Of a DNA stretch of 64,000 nucleotides, positions 34,731-47,000 are shown one piece after another. Each line of letters begins with the position of its first letter. Position 1 is the stretch's first letter. The position numbers and the translations under genes were made by a program. The notes under the pieces are model-generated. The model had not been told where the DNA came from. It worked only from the letters and a program-made list of their open reading frames with translations, and ran no database searches. The DNA comes from Schizochytrium sp. TIO01 (taxonomy: Eukaryota; Protista; Bigyra: Labyrinthulomycetes): NCBI GenBank assembly GCA_004764695.1, contig SMSO01000037.1:2952747-3016746 (forward strand). The letters are read 5' to 3'.

Positions 34731-36737
34731 CTACTGTTGGGATTCGACCAGCTTCTCATCAAGATTGAGCTCCTTGCCAAAGATTGCGCGGTAGATGCGC
34801 TCGATATCCTCCGCGGCGGACATGAAATGGGAGGTAGCATCAAGGCTTGAGACAATAAAGCACTTTGTTTTGGTACCATCGTCGACCGGAGCAAAAGTGT
34901 CTGAAACGGAGTCAAAACGCTCAGCAATGTCTCCCATGAGCTCAAATGCCTGCCGGAGCTCGGCAACGGGCTCGTTGGTCTCAACAGTAGTTGAAGCAAT
35001 CGCCACATTAATTCCACGCGGGCATACATGGAGCGAGGCTCCCAACTCTGACAGGTACACATCCTGCTTCTTGCCCATAAGGTGCTTGGCAGGAAGAATA
35101 ATCTGGCACGAGTCTCCAACAGTGCTCTTGATGGGTTTCTTGAGCAGACATACACTGCGCACCACAGAGCCGGTTTTGCGGGACATGTGCGCCGGGAAGT
35201 AAGATGCGTCACCAATGATGATTTTAGCCTTGGCAGCCATGTCTCCTACGCGTACTCCAATGGCCTGGCCAGAGCTCTGATCCATGATGATCTCGTCGAC
35301 GTCGTGACGCAACATTACGGTGCCACCATAGATTGCGGAGAGACGGCTGAAGCCCTCAGGGAGAGACGACAGTCCGTAGTTCGGGTAAAGGTACGGGCTG
35401 TCCTGTCCATATCGTCCAACGGACTTTCCGTACAGCTGGCATGCAAGCACGGTGGGCTCAGCAGGCTTGTCCAAATACGAGTCGTCGGTCTGCAGGGCCA
35501 TGGCGTGTCCGAGAAAGTTCTGCGTGGTCTCGTCGAGGCCAAACTTGGCGTACAGCTCGCGCATGGTCATGTTGAGGAGGTCGTACTTCTGGGTCGACGT
35601 GTCGAACACAGGCTTCATGAAGGTGATCTTGAGTGGCCGCGGTGCCGAGCCGATGGCCTTCTTTACGTCCTCGTCAGTCTTGCCAAGCATGGTCTGTCCA
35701 TTGATCGAGTACAGCACATCACCCACTTCAACGCGCTTAGAGGCCTGCACGGGTCCCGGATTTCCGGAAGCGTCTGCCTGGAAGCTCTCAACCGTAACAA
35801 CAGTCTGGATGGGTCCGCCTTGCTCAGGCGGCACACCCTTCTTAACAGGGCGCGTCTTAACAACAATGCCGACGGAGCCTTCGCCGACCTCAACGTCTGT
35901 GGTCTCCGGGAAGACGGGTACGCCATATTTCTTCTCCATGGCACCCACAAGTGTCTCGCGCTTGGAATCAAAGCGAGTAATGAGAGCATCAACCTCATCC
36001 ACCTTGCTGGCGTTGTGGGTCTGGAAGTAAGCCACAAGCGCGTTGCGGAATTCTTCTTTACTCAAGGTGTCTGCCGTACGCCGGGGGCATTTATAGGTGC
36101 GCACGTAGTCTGCAAACTTGCGCAACGCGTTCTTTTGAAACAGGGATACCAACGAGGATGTGAGTGCCTCCGTCGGTGTGACCGGGAGCTTGTAGATCTT
36201 GCCAGAGTTGAAAACATAGGAGCCAGCGATGCCATTGAAGTCCATGTAGCGAGTGACGTCGGTCTGGATAAGCATCTTGACGAGCTTACCGTTGGCCATG
36301 AGCAACTTGGGCACCATGTCAACACAATAGTCCCTGCTGCGACCAAAGCGTTGCTCAGCGGACTCCTGGCTGAAGGTCTTGCTGTGCTTCTCGTAGAGCT
36401 CCTTGAGGTTCAAACTCGCGCAGTGTCCACCGTAGTAGGCGTTTCGGTCAATCTGCAGAACACGCATTCCACGAACGGACAAAAGACCTGCCAGAATGCA
36501 CTCCTTCAGGCCCGTGGAGAGCACGATCGCGTCGTAGTCACCGTCCGCGAGCGGCTTGTACGAGGTGCCGTTGAGCACAACATTCGGAAGAGCACCGTCT
36601 TCAGTATGAGGATCAGCGGACTCGGATCCAGTGTGCGTCGAGGGTGCATCCGGGGCAGCCGCAGGGGCTTGCTGCTGGTCCACGCTCAGGTTCGACATGG
36701 CGTTGGCGACGTCGGCTTGCTGCTGCTCGCCCTCCAT
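34731..36737 (-). CDS. GDI: Rab GDP-dissociation inhibitor with an inserted helical module + PDZ domain (668 aa)
   Basis: GDI motifs YDAIVLSTGLKECILAGLLSVRG..VLQIDRNAYYGG, FGRSRDYCVDMVPKLLMANGKLVKMLIQTDVTRY, SPYLYPNYGLSSLPEGFSRLSAIYGGT, SLDATSHF. ATG in GCCACCATGG context at 36737; the TTG start in the track runs through an SSR. Confidence 0.93.
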   Translation of the reverse strand: MEGEQQQADVANAMSNLSVDQQQAPAAAPDAPSTHTGSESADPHTEDGALPNVVLNGTSYKPLADGDYDAIVLSTGLKECILAGLLSVRGMRVLQIDRNAYYGGHCASLNLKELYEKHSKTFSQESAEQRFGRSRDYCVDMVPKLLMANGKLVKMLIQTDVTRYMDFNGIAGSYVFNSGKIYKLPVTPTEALTSSLVSLFQKNALRKFADYVRTYKCPRRTADTLSKEEFRNALVAYFQTHNASKVDEVDALITRFDSKRETLVGAMEKKYGVPVFPETTDVEVGEGSVGIVVKTRPVKKGVPPEQGGPIQTVVTVESFQADASGNPGPVQASKRVEVGDVLYSINGQTMLGKTDEDVKKAIGSAPRPLKITFMKPVFDTSTQKYDLLNMTMRELYAKFGLDETTQNFLGHAMALQTDDSYLDKPAEPTVLACQLYGKSVGRYGQDSPYLYPNYGLSSLPEGFSRLSAIYGGTVMLRHDVDEIIMDQSSGQAIGVRVGDMAAKAKIIIGDASYFPAHMSRKTGSVVRSVCLLKKPIKSTVGDSCQIILPAKHLMGKKQDVYLSELGASLHVCPRGINVAIASTTVETNEPVAELRQAFELMGDIAERFDSVSDTFAPVDDGTKTKCFIVSSLDATSHFMSAAEDIERIYRAIFGKELNLDEKLVESQQ

Positions 36738-37329
36738 GGTGGCTTCTTGTTGTTCTTTCTGCTCAACCGGATGAACGAACGAACGAACGAACGAATGAAC
36801 GAACGGAGTATCTACCCAGATATCCGCTCCTGGCACAGAAACTGCAGTTCGCTGCGAGATTTGAGCTCGGGTGGTATCCAAATCCTGCTGCCGCTTTGCC
36901 TGGCACCAGATCGAGGACGAAGTTTAGGATTTGATCGAAGCTTTCTCTGCTGCTTACGATTGCTTCTTCTTTTAAAGATAGAGGCGCTCATCAAATGGTC
37001 TCTATCGGATAGCTAGTCCTAACAATTTCTCTCTCTTCTCAAGCAGAGAGATAGATAGATAGATATAGATAGATATACTCGACCAGCTTCCACGCTGTAT
37101 CTGCTGCATCCGTGAACTGTGAACGGGCTGATCGAGCGAAGAATTTGCGAATCTTCTGCATCTCTGCTCTTCGACTGCGGTGAACGCTCTTTGAGGCGCT
37201 TGCTTCAATGCGGTTTCTCGCCTCTTCGATGAACCCGATAGAGATAGGCTCAGATTTGGATGATTCACTTCAATGGAGATACCGATCAGTCAATCAGTCA
37301 ATCAGTCAATCCATTTTACTTTTATCTTT

Positions 37330-37407
37330 ACCTTTATTGATACTATTATTTTTACTTTTATTTTTATTGTTATTTTTATTGTTATTGTTATTATCTTTAT
37401 ATCTTTT

Positions 37408-37448
<41 letters not shown>

Positions 37449-37452
37449 TATC
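37330..37452. repeat. AT-rich degenerate (TTA/TCA)n tract
   Basis: tcattatcattatcattattattatt... Confidence 0.85.
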
Positions 37453-39209
37453 TTAAATTTTTTATTAATCTTTCTTTAGAGCTAAAGGGACATCAAGCAA
37501 ACCATAGTCAGCAGGTAAGCAGCGTTAGGACCGGATGGGTGAAAATTGTTATATTTTGCAGAAAACAATCAAACAAAGAAAAACAAACAAAATAAGGAGA
37601 ACGAACGACTCGAAGAACTTTCGCTCCCCGCGACACAGCTCCCGCGCCTTTGCTCGCCTCACGCGAAGGCAGGGCGTCCAGGCATGCTGCGGGGCGCCTC
37701 CTGGGCGTCCCCGCGGCCCCTGTGTCCTTCTCCTCGCTCCAGCGGCCCGCCCCCTCCTCCTCCGCGAGCGTCGACGTGGCCTCTTCGATGCGCAGAGAAG
37801 AGAAGAAGTCCAAGAAATCAAAGAAATCAATCAATCCTCAGAGAACGAATGACAAAGAAAGAAAGAAGAAAAGAAAGAAACGACCTCATTACTCCACTCC
37901 TACGCCCAAATAGCCGAAACTGGCGCTCGAAAGGAATCAGAAACTCACAATACAGGAATAGATTGAACAGCAGAAGAGATCCTCATAACTCCTCTCTGGA
38001 AATGCTCCAAACTACGCATCGTAACGCAGAGGGAGATATATCAGAAACAGTTCAGGAATAGGTGGAGTTGAAGCAGACTGCAGAAGAGGTCCTCACCCTC
38101 ATAACTCCTTTCTCTAAATGCAAATGCGATGCGAATGCGATGTAAATGCGGTGTCATGATGAGCGATCGATGATCTGTAGCGAATCTTAGATACTGTGGA
38201 GAGCTTTCATAGTACAATGGTCTCGATTTGTCTTCTTTGTCTCAGCTTCGCGCAATCTTGAGGTCAAATTCACGAGGCTTTTGGCGCTCTCGCGTTTCAC
38301 CAAACGAACTCGAGCGAAGGTCCAAAGTTGAAGTCGACGTCGACTCCATGATGTGATCTTTGAGATGAGCTCGCAATGAATGAATGAATGCTGTGGCGAG
38401 GATGATCAATCAGGTGGAGTGCGAAACGAAAGAGATGTCCCGGTACGAAGGACTTCATGAGACACTGCATTGGCAGAAACATACTATGTCAAGGAGCTTG
38501 CTATTGTAATACTGGTCGAGAGTGGAGACTCTGATCATTGGCGAACTCGAGGTTGGCGAGGGCCTCATCAACCCAGGACACGAAATCACGTGCGCTGAGG
38601 AGTTTGCCGGTGCTTGTGACAACCACTTTGATTTGCAATGTAGTGTGTGCTTCTGTTGTTGTTGTCGAATTGGTGTCACAGCGGAATGATAAGCACACAT
38701 TTATGGATAACAGATTGTGATAAGTCCAACTGAGAAAAAGCTGCGTAGAAGCATTAGCATCTGCTGTTCTTTAGGATCTGCAACTGTGTGCGCACGCTCC
38801 TCTTCTCGGAAGCCCTGCAAATCATGTTTGGTACAGATCCTCGCCTTGCAGTTGATGAGCGACGATTCTTGTGACTCATGCATACATGAACAATCTGGCA
38901 ATAGTTCAAGGCCTCGCATTATTCCCCGTCACTGCTCATATGATGGTAATTAGTTTGGCTCTATGTTTTCAGAACATAATACTCCGAGTGATGCCTTGAG
39001 ACCTATTGTTAAATTGCTTATTTACCCGATTATCCGATCCGCTACCGTGGTATGTTCAACAAATAGAACAAATCGTGATCTAAGCCGCTCCCAAGCCTCC
39101 TCTGGTCGTTTGGCCTTGCAGTTTGGGCTTGCGCAGTGCAGCTCGAACCCCAATCAACTCTCCTCTCGTGGACGGAGAGTCGAAGCAGTGAAGAAGGCAG
39201 GCAAGCAAG

Positions 39210-39959
39210 ATGTACTGGTTTTGGGACACCACAAATGAGCAGGCTGACATGGACACGCTCCGACGCGAGATTTTGCGGCTCGACACCGGCGTCCTCCCGG
39301 AGAGCCCTGAGGTGGAGCAGTGCAAGTGGAGCATCGAGGCGAGCCTAATGCAGCGCAAATCGGAGGAGAAGTCATCCCCTGGCCCGCCTTCCGGCAGCAA
39401 CTCCGCGACAAAGGGCGCCGTCAGGCCCATCCAAACCATGACCAAGGTCGAAAACAGCACACAATACCCAGATCAAATGGTCCTCGTCTTCTCACACCCC
39501 AAACGCACGGCACCTGATACTGGGCCTGCTCGGAAGGATAGTCAGAACGGCGGAATCTTGAGGCTTCCTCCGCCGACACGCAAATGCGTCGTGGTCCAGG
39601 CCAATTCAAATATTTCCAAATTGGATTTCTATTCAGACTACCATAGTAAGAACAACATCAAGTTGGACGGATTTGAGTACGTTGTGGGGGACTTCTCGAT
39701 TCGGATTGGCGTAGCAAGTCGCGGAAATACGCAAAGTTATATTGTTATTCGTGCCATGTTCATTCCGTGTGAGTTGGATCCGGAGGCACCCATCTACCGC
39801 CAGGTAGAGGAGGCACTAGGCCTTGGCACGCGATTCCCGTGTACATCACTACCAATCAAGCTTGATCAATACGCTGATGTTCTTCCAAAACAATTTGGAC
39901 CTATGCATGAGGCAGTTGAGGTTGTGGAGGTACTCGTGAAAATGTTGCGGAGCCGTTAA
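39210..39959 (+). CDS. MED20: Mediator of RNA polymerase II transcription subunit 20
   Basis: 249 aa; N-terminal YWFW motif, KWSIEASL, and the Med20 signature IKLDGFEYVVGDFSIRIG...IVIRAMFIPC. Confidence 0.72.
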   Translation: MYWFWDTTNEQADMDTLRREILRLDTGVLPESPEVEQCKWSIEASLMQRKSEEKSSPGPPSGSNSATKGAVRPIQTMTKVENSTQYPDQMVLVFSHPKRTAPDTGPARKDSQNGGILRLPPPTRKCVVVQANSNISKLDFYSDYHSKNNIKLDGFEYVVGDFSIRIGVASRGNTQSYIVIRAMFIPCELDPEAPIYRQVEEALGLGTRFPCTSLPIKLDQYADVLPKQFGPMHEAVEVVEVLVKMLRSR

Positions 39960-41143
39960 AGTACTGTACATTCGTTAGTGCACGCACGTATGCATTCATG
40001 ATATGCCTTGTGAGGACGATTAGTTATTGCGTGCCTTTGATCCTAACAGCTCTTTGCCAAGTAATATTGGAGGCATCTTGTGGAGTATCCGTGGGTTTTG
40101 CTCTTTCCAACCTGTTCTCTGAAAAAAACTAAACAAATCAATCTAAGCAGTACATAAAGAAAGAGAGACTGATACTTATTATAAGAATAGCAAACTAGCT
40201 TGATTGCGTAGGCACACTTTCACACCGATATTAAGTCATTCATCGAGGAGTGAAATAGAAGTGGGGACGCAGATCCTTCAACGTTGGTACCATTTGTAAC
40301 CTTCTTAGTCGTGCAATTCTTCCTGTTCAATCTGAATTATATTCAATTTTACCATGATCTTCTTATGTATTTTCTTGGATTTGCACTTCTTAGTCAAGTC
40401 CACATGGCTCTGGATTCCAAGATGCGAAGGCAGGGATATGAAGTTAGTAATTCAATGCTCGGATTTCTCCCTAGCATGTTCTTCACGTGCGAGGATCAGA
40501 TCATTTTAGGAGAAAAACATATGATCTCATTCCTGGAATTCAATTTGCCTCATAAACTACAAAGAGTTGGTTTACCACTTTCTAGTTTCATGCTAGATCC
40601 TTCAGGTTTGTCTACTTGGAACATAGTTTTAGAGGGTACAGTGAACTTTAATTCACTGCTGGCGTTGCAGGTATCAGAAAAGCTACCTTTTCGGATAAAG
40701 ATACCTATCATATTCCGACAAATGTGAAATGCTCTTTAAATTAAATATGTACTTGGTGAATAGTTCTGAAAGCTTTCTTGTACCACGCGCGCCGAAGTTT
40801 TTAGAATCGTATTTGTTGAGAATCGCAACGCCATAGGAAGTATCGCCGATGGTTTCTTTGCCTAAAGAACATCTGTCAATACATGTGTAAATGCTTTATC
40901 ACGTAATATATTTAGTTAAATCAAACAGGTTTCGCAAATAAAGGCATTCTTGAGTCTAAACAAAAGCAAGGTACAAGAACACAACGGGGACGCAGAGGAG
41001 CTGGGGAGTGCCAGACATACTCGCGAGATTCATAGAGTCGAGAAAAAACGCATCTAGCTGATAACAAGAGTTGGGCTCGCATCAGTGTGCTGTTTCTAAC
41101 ATAAAGCTAGCATTGGGAAACCATCACACATCGCACGAGCGAT

Positions 41144-42642
41144 TTACGCAGATGATGGTGTGATAAGATCCATGATCGTGGAGTACATAACAATCATGAT
41201 ACCACCACCAGGGCCAAGACGCAGCAGGCGGGGGCCGAGTCCTCGCCATGCGCCCTTAACACCCTCTTCTTGGAGGATAAGACCAAGACTTTGGAAGGAG
41301 TTTCTGTACTTGGGTACTTGGCCAGGCTTTGTAATCTGGTTTTGCATACGACTCTTGATCACATCACTGTGTCGATTTAAGACAAGATTTGTATATGCCA
41401 GCCCCGGGTCAATTAAACAATCAAATCATGTTAGTTTGCCTGGTCTCTAAGGTTTTCATCTTCCCAATTAGACGCTTGGAAAGGCCCACTGGCTTTTCCT
41501 ATTCATGTCTACATCAAACTTACAAAGGTGTGTTAAGCAGTGTACCAACTGAAGCACCAACAACACCGGCGAGGAATTTGTTGAAGAGCTTCTTCGACTT
41601 GGGGGCATCCTCAGGCACAGCAAAGTTGTTGCCCACTAGACCAACGGTACCAAAGTAGGCACCATTCCAGAGAAAGTTACGGATAGCCTGGGCCTCAAAA
41701 CCCTTGTAAAGCTTCATGGGGCCTTCCTCGCGTACAATAGCCAAAAAGCATTCCCAAGTACTGTTGAAACGACCAAGGTTATCCTTTGACTGCATTGCAA
41801 CCTTCACAGTCTCAACAGGGCAGTTAACAATGGCCTCACTGGTACCAGCGAGGGCTCCAGAGGCAGCGGCAGCAAAGTTGGTCAGCTTACCCTCAGGGTT
41901 TCGCTTAATAAACTCATCCTTGAAGGCATCGTTAGCCGCAAATTTCCATGCACGCTTCGGGGCCTCGCCCACTGAGTAAAAGCAATACAATCAAAATACA
42001 TACCCGCCAAAGTAATTTGCAAATGTGTAAAAGCACAAGGAGGAACACGCATCAATTCCACGTTAGGATGCTTTGATTTTTATTTTGTTTCACAATGCTC
42101 GCTACGATTTGTAACAAGCAGCCATGCAGTAGGGGTTTAATCCTAAGTCCGCCAGAAGCTAGACTTCTGTAACACCCTTCATTACACAAGGAGGAGAGAT
42201 TAACTTACAGACAGGAGGCACAATGCCACGGTAAAAACCCTTGATGCCTTGGTCAGCGAAAATTCCACGAGCCACAGTCACCATTGATGCCGAGGTGGTG
42301 GAAAGCTGTGCTCTGGTCTTCAGAACATCAGTGGGGTACATGCACAGAATCTCCGTGACACCTACGCACATAAACATTGTGGTGCGAATTCATCCCCATC
42401 GCCATCATATCAACAAGAGCACTCGCATCGACACCAATACAGTTAGTTCCCATGATTCATACCAGCGCTTGCCCATTTTAATGCCATCCTTTTCGAGCAC
42501 ATAGGATGATGACTCAAACATGGGACCAAGTGGAATTCTGAAAGCTCCAAAGACGCCAATTCCGCCACTATCACGCACCTGCACCTCCTCCCGCGATGGC
42601 GTTCTTGGCCAGGTTCTCCCAGAATGAGTCGCTCGCCGACAT
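41144..42642 (-). CDS. Mitochondrial carrier, 2-oxodicarboxylate carrier (ODC/SLC25A21-like), 4 exons, 295 aa
   Basis: Exons 42642-42579, 42361-42209, 41971-41524 and 41366-41144 (888 nt, phases consistent, all GT-AG). Three PX[DE]XX[KR] motifs (YPTDVLKTR, CPVETVKV, TPFDVIKSR). ODC-like GEAPKRAWKFA, RNFLWNGAYFG and RLGPGGGIM. Confidence 0.9.
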
Positions 42643-43947
42643 CTTGCTAAGCTTCTTCGTAGCGTCGATCGCCTTGCTCGTTGTCGCGTGCTAGCGATGC
42701 CTCGGAATTCAGGTTCTGCTGTGGAGACAACAGATTTCAATGAGATCTTTTCTCGCTTTCTGTTTCTTTCCTCTTTCCTTTCTTTTTACTTTCTTTCTAT
42801 TTTCAATTTCAAGTTGAGAGAAGTGATCTCCTAAAAAGGAGACAGAATGAAATAGCCCGAACATCTTTTCCTCTTTTTATTAAGAGGAGGGTTTTCGGTT
42901 TCAACGAACGTCTCAAGTTGTCCTTTGAAGCAACGTCGTGTCAGAATCAGGGAGAGTGAATTATGAAATACAACAAAGACCGCTCTTATTCGTGCAAAAC
43001 TGTGATAAAAAGAATCGACGGCAGGAATCGTTTGTGATCTCAGATAATGAGAACAATATTTATTCTTCATTTCATTTTACCTTTGATGATGTTATAATAA
43101 TAAGAGAAGAACTTTGTTTTCAAAGCTTCAAGTTATAAATTGAGAAAAATGGAAAAAGCTGAAAAGCCAAAGCTCAGACATCGATGGGAGCGCACAAAAC
43201 GCCAATCAAATGCAGTAAAAAATCGGCGACACTGATTTCAGTCCGCCCAAACGTTTACCCAAGGCCCAGAGGGATGATATCCGCCTCTGATATCGAGGCA
43301 GCCCTGAACTTTTCAGGAGGAGGGAGTAATGCAGCTGTGCATTACTCGTGCGTAGGTGCTTCTTAGCAGCGCCTCTTTGGGGGTTCTGCTTTTCCCTCCT
43401 TTTCGTTCTTTCATGCGCAGAATCTTTAACTGACTGAGTAAACATTGTAAGTAAACCTTTCACTTCTCCATAGTGTTACCATTAGCTGGCTGGCTAGCTC
43501 CCAACTAGGCGATTGAAAGGAAGAGATCTTCATCCCGATCTTTGAAGTTGTGATCATGATCATGGCGATGCAAAAAGAGACAGACTCCGCCTTTTCGTAG
43601 ATTGGCAACGCTTCAAGCTTGCTTCCATACGATTAAATATTCCGGAGTCATCGCCGTCATTGTCGTCGTTATCGCGGCCACACACAAACACGCGACAGCT
43701 TCTGCACACATACCGTCAACGTCTGCGAAGGGGTCTAAAGAGAGAGGACGCAGTCCTTCTGTCATCTTGGCACAGAGATGACTCTTGCTGGTCGCTTGAA
43801 TAGGTGGGTAGATAGAGATAGGACCTACTACTACAAGGTAGGCTAGTTTTCCAATCAAAAGTTGAGTGTTGGCTTGATTGATGAATTAGTTGTTTCATCC
43901 TTGCTTGAGGAATTAGTTATTTGACCATTGCTTGATGAATTGTTTGA

Positions 43948-44015
43948 CATTGATCATTGATCATTGATCATTGATTGATCCATTGATCATTGATTGATCC
44001 ATTGATCATTGATCG
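43948..44015. repeat. (ATTGATC)n-type degenerate tandem repeat
   Basis: cattgatcattgatcattgatcattgattgatccattgatc... Confidence 0.85.
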
Positions 44016-47000
44016 ATAGGCTGATCGTTGGTTGATCGCCTGTTTGCTTGTTTGTTTATTTGTACGTTTCTGGAGAGGTCAGGCTCTTCTTGCAGAATTG
44101 CAACGACTTCCCAAACAAGCTTCGCAATTCAATTCAATTCGTCGTCGATTGTTCGATGAGAAGCGAAAACATCGCACACTGCCTCCAGAAGCTACAATTC
44201 TATAAGAATTGAGGCGCAGATCCCGGAACGCCGCTCGCGCTTCCGCTCTGTTCTATTGTGATAAAAGTAAAGTCGAGGTGCGAGGAATGATGAGAAGATG
44301 GCGATGATGGCGATGTCAGGAGCTAATGCGAATGAATCGCTCACTTATGCCATCGTCATGAACAGAGCAACAGCAGCGAAGACCTCGATGCAGACTCAAA
44401 GGCCTTCACAGTGGGTTTGGTGCCATTTATTTGCGCGTAGAGGAGGGGCCGGAGATGTTCTTCTTCGGTAGGTCTCCGCAGCTCGCGAGCTTCAAGTTTG
44501 GCGCCTTTGAGACATTTGGATGCCGTTGAGTGTGCCCAAAGGTTCGCACCTTTCATCACAAGTTTGGGCAGAAAGCCAAAACAATCAGAGGTACCTAATC
44601 CTATCACTGGGTATCTATCTATCTATCTATCTATTTATCCATCTCAACTACTACCAAGGAGCTACGGCGGTCCTACGTTTCAGAATCAAGTTTGCAAGTA
44701 TCCAACTACAAGAGCTCTGGCGATCGATCTCCTTCTCGATCGTGCAGTGTTCGCATCTTCTCCGAATGCGAGGCCGTTCGAGCCCAGAGGCTTCGAGCAG
44801 CTCGATTACTTCGTGGGCAGAGGGGCTTCGCAGATTACGCATCATATGCGAGTGACGCAGCTCTACACGCATTTCGACGGACTCTCCACAGAACTTGAAC
44901 GTCGGGTCCAAGCTTCGCCCCGAAAGGCGCAATGAAGGATTGCCCACTGTAAAAATCTCGCGCCATCATGATGGCATCATCATTTTCCCGCCATTCAAGG
45001 TGTCGCTCATTTATCCCATTGCATTGTAATTGTTTTATTATTTTCCGTCTCTCTGTTTACAAAAAAACAAAAACCAAAAACAAACTTCGAAGCCATCTAC
45101 GATGGGTTCGTTGTCTGCTTCTTTGAGGAATACATTCGGTATTTTCCCCATTCGCCAAGAGTGGTCAAGCCATCGGTCGAGAGCTGGTCAGTGCCGGGGA
45201 CGGCTTTGGCGCCGCGTCGAATTCTGGCTCCGCAGACTGCAATGAAAACCACTCAGTTCTCGAGGAGGTATTGTATTTATTTCACACCGCATTGCTCCAC
45301 CACCGATAGAGGATTGGCATACGCGGATATACAGCGAGATCGTCATTACAATGGTCACTCGCTGCCCATGACGATACTATGACCATCCTTGCGCATCCGA
45401 TGTTGTATGCAGAGTGGATGTATCGTGAACGGTCAGAAATGTGACTCCTTGGGTTCTCTGAGGAGCAGGAGGAGGAAGTATCTGGGTCGAATTTCCATGG
45501 CAGCGGAACTGAAGGTGCACCAACTTTGAAAGAAAACAGAAGGGGAAAAAGCTGAAGGGCGGAGAAGGAACTGGAAAGAGCACCACCCTTCCTTCTCTTC
45601 TAGGAGCTTCTTCGACATGTATGTATGCGATTCATGGAGCAATTTGCCTTTGGGCGGAAAGCGAATGCCAAGGTTTTAATCAAAACAATAAGAATCAATT
45701 TAAGAAAATAAAGATGACCTAAAGTCTCCCTGAGGTTCTTATAGAACTCTGCAGTGACGTCACGTCACGCTTTCATGAATACTTTGTGGGTCATCAAAAG
45801 TTGACTACGCAACATCGATAATCTAGCTTGGACTGATTCAAACAGTGCGTGCCGATGTTCTAATTAGTTCGACTAGACGGGTCAATCTTTTCAAGAAACC
45901 ACGGCCCAGAACACCCATGATAATGTTCGAAAGTAAATATTGTGCTTTGTGTTCAAGAAATGGGTGCAATTTGCACCCGTATTGAAGCCCGAGCCACTCG
46001 ATAGCAGTAATTGTGACAGCTGCCGGGAGTCTAGTCGAAGCATAAGAATCTCAGAACATCTTTAGGGACTGATCTTCCAACAAAGATGTCGTGGCATGGA
46101 AAGTCTGACTCTGAAACTTGTAAAACACAACTTTACGGACGCGAGCGAATCTAATCTAACACCTATAGCAAGGCGAAACAGTCACGTATTACTGTCCTGA
46201 CTTTTTGCTTAACGCTCATTACAGACAATAATTCTTGACTGAGTGTGAAGGGTCAAATGATAATCTAACCAACAAGGCTTAGTGCTTGTGCAGCTCGAGT
46301 TATAAAGTTCTATGAACGTATGAAGACACAAAAGCAAGCAAATTATAGAATCAAATCCTAAGGCACACCTTAGACCAAAACATTGTATGCGCCTAGGTAT
46401 CGTATGTAGAGTAGAAATTATTCAAAAATGCTTAGAAGACTACATCACCCAGTCTGCAAGGCACGTATACGTGGATGGACTCTTCTTTCCAATAAATCAC
46501 TTTAGTTCGATGTTGCTGCAATAAACCTGGAGACGTATGGAGGTATCGCATATTCTTTTTATTCTACTAAGGAAATGTGCTGTACTCTCGGAAGGCCGAG
46601 AATTCTTAATTTTACCAAGCGAGTTGCTTTCTTCGCAAGAGGCAAGCCTACGAGAGAGATTGACCAAGGCTGTAATGTCTCGCATTTGACCATTTGCTTC
46701 TCTAAAATTAAGTATAGCCTTTCGCGAGAGGGTCGTGCATTTTCTTAACATACTTTCCTTCCCCTATGTAAAAACACTAATCTGTACACATTTCTCAAGT
46801 TCGTGAAGTACCTTGCGAGGGGTGCTCCATTAAACTTGACAAAAGCGATCGCACAGGCTAGCTCTAGAAAACACAACGAGCTTGCTATGAGGAGATTTAA
46901 GGATTTGCGAGTCCTATTTACTTCAATTTTAAAGAAAACATTCAATCAACAACCGTGCGCCTTTGTTGCATGGTACTTCATTCTTTTGCAAACAGCGACA

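Noticed and set aside
36738-36881. 48-aa N-terminal extension of GDI from the TTG start
   Set aside because: Runs through a (TTCG/TTCA) microsatellite; the strong Kozak ATG is at 36737
35082-37016. 644-aa + strand ORF opposite GDI
   Set aside because: Antisense shadow of a gene with GC-ending codon bias; no motifs and a non-ATG start
37508-38061. Overlapping GC-rich ORFs between GDI and MED20
   Set aside because: Low-complexity Arg/Pro translations open in several frames; more likely a GC island in a divergent promoter region
40284-40727. 147-aa hydrophobic ORF between MED20 and the carrier
   Set aside because: TTG start, AT-rich, no motif; lies in a convergent 3' intergenic region
45755-45762. 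TGACGTCA CRE palindrome
   Set aside because: A single 8-mer is expected about once per 64 kb and it is not near a gene start
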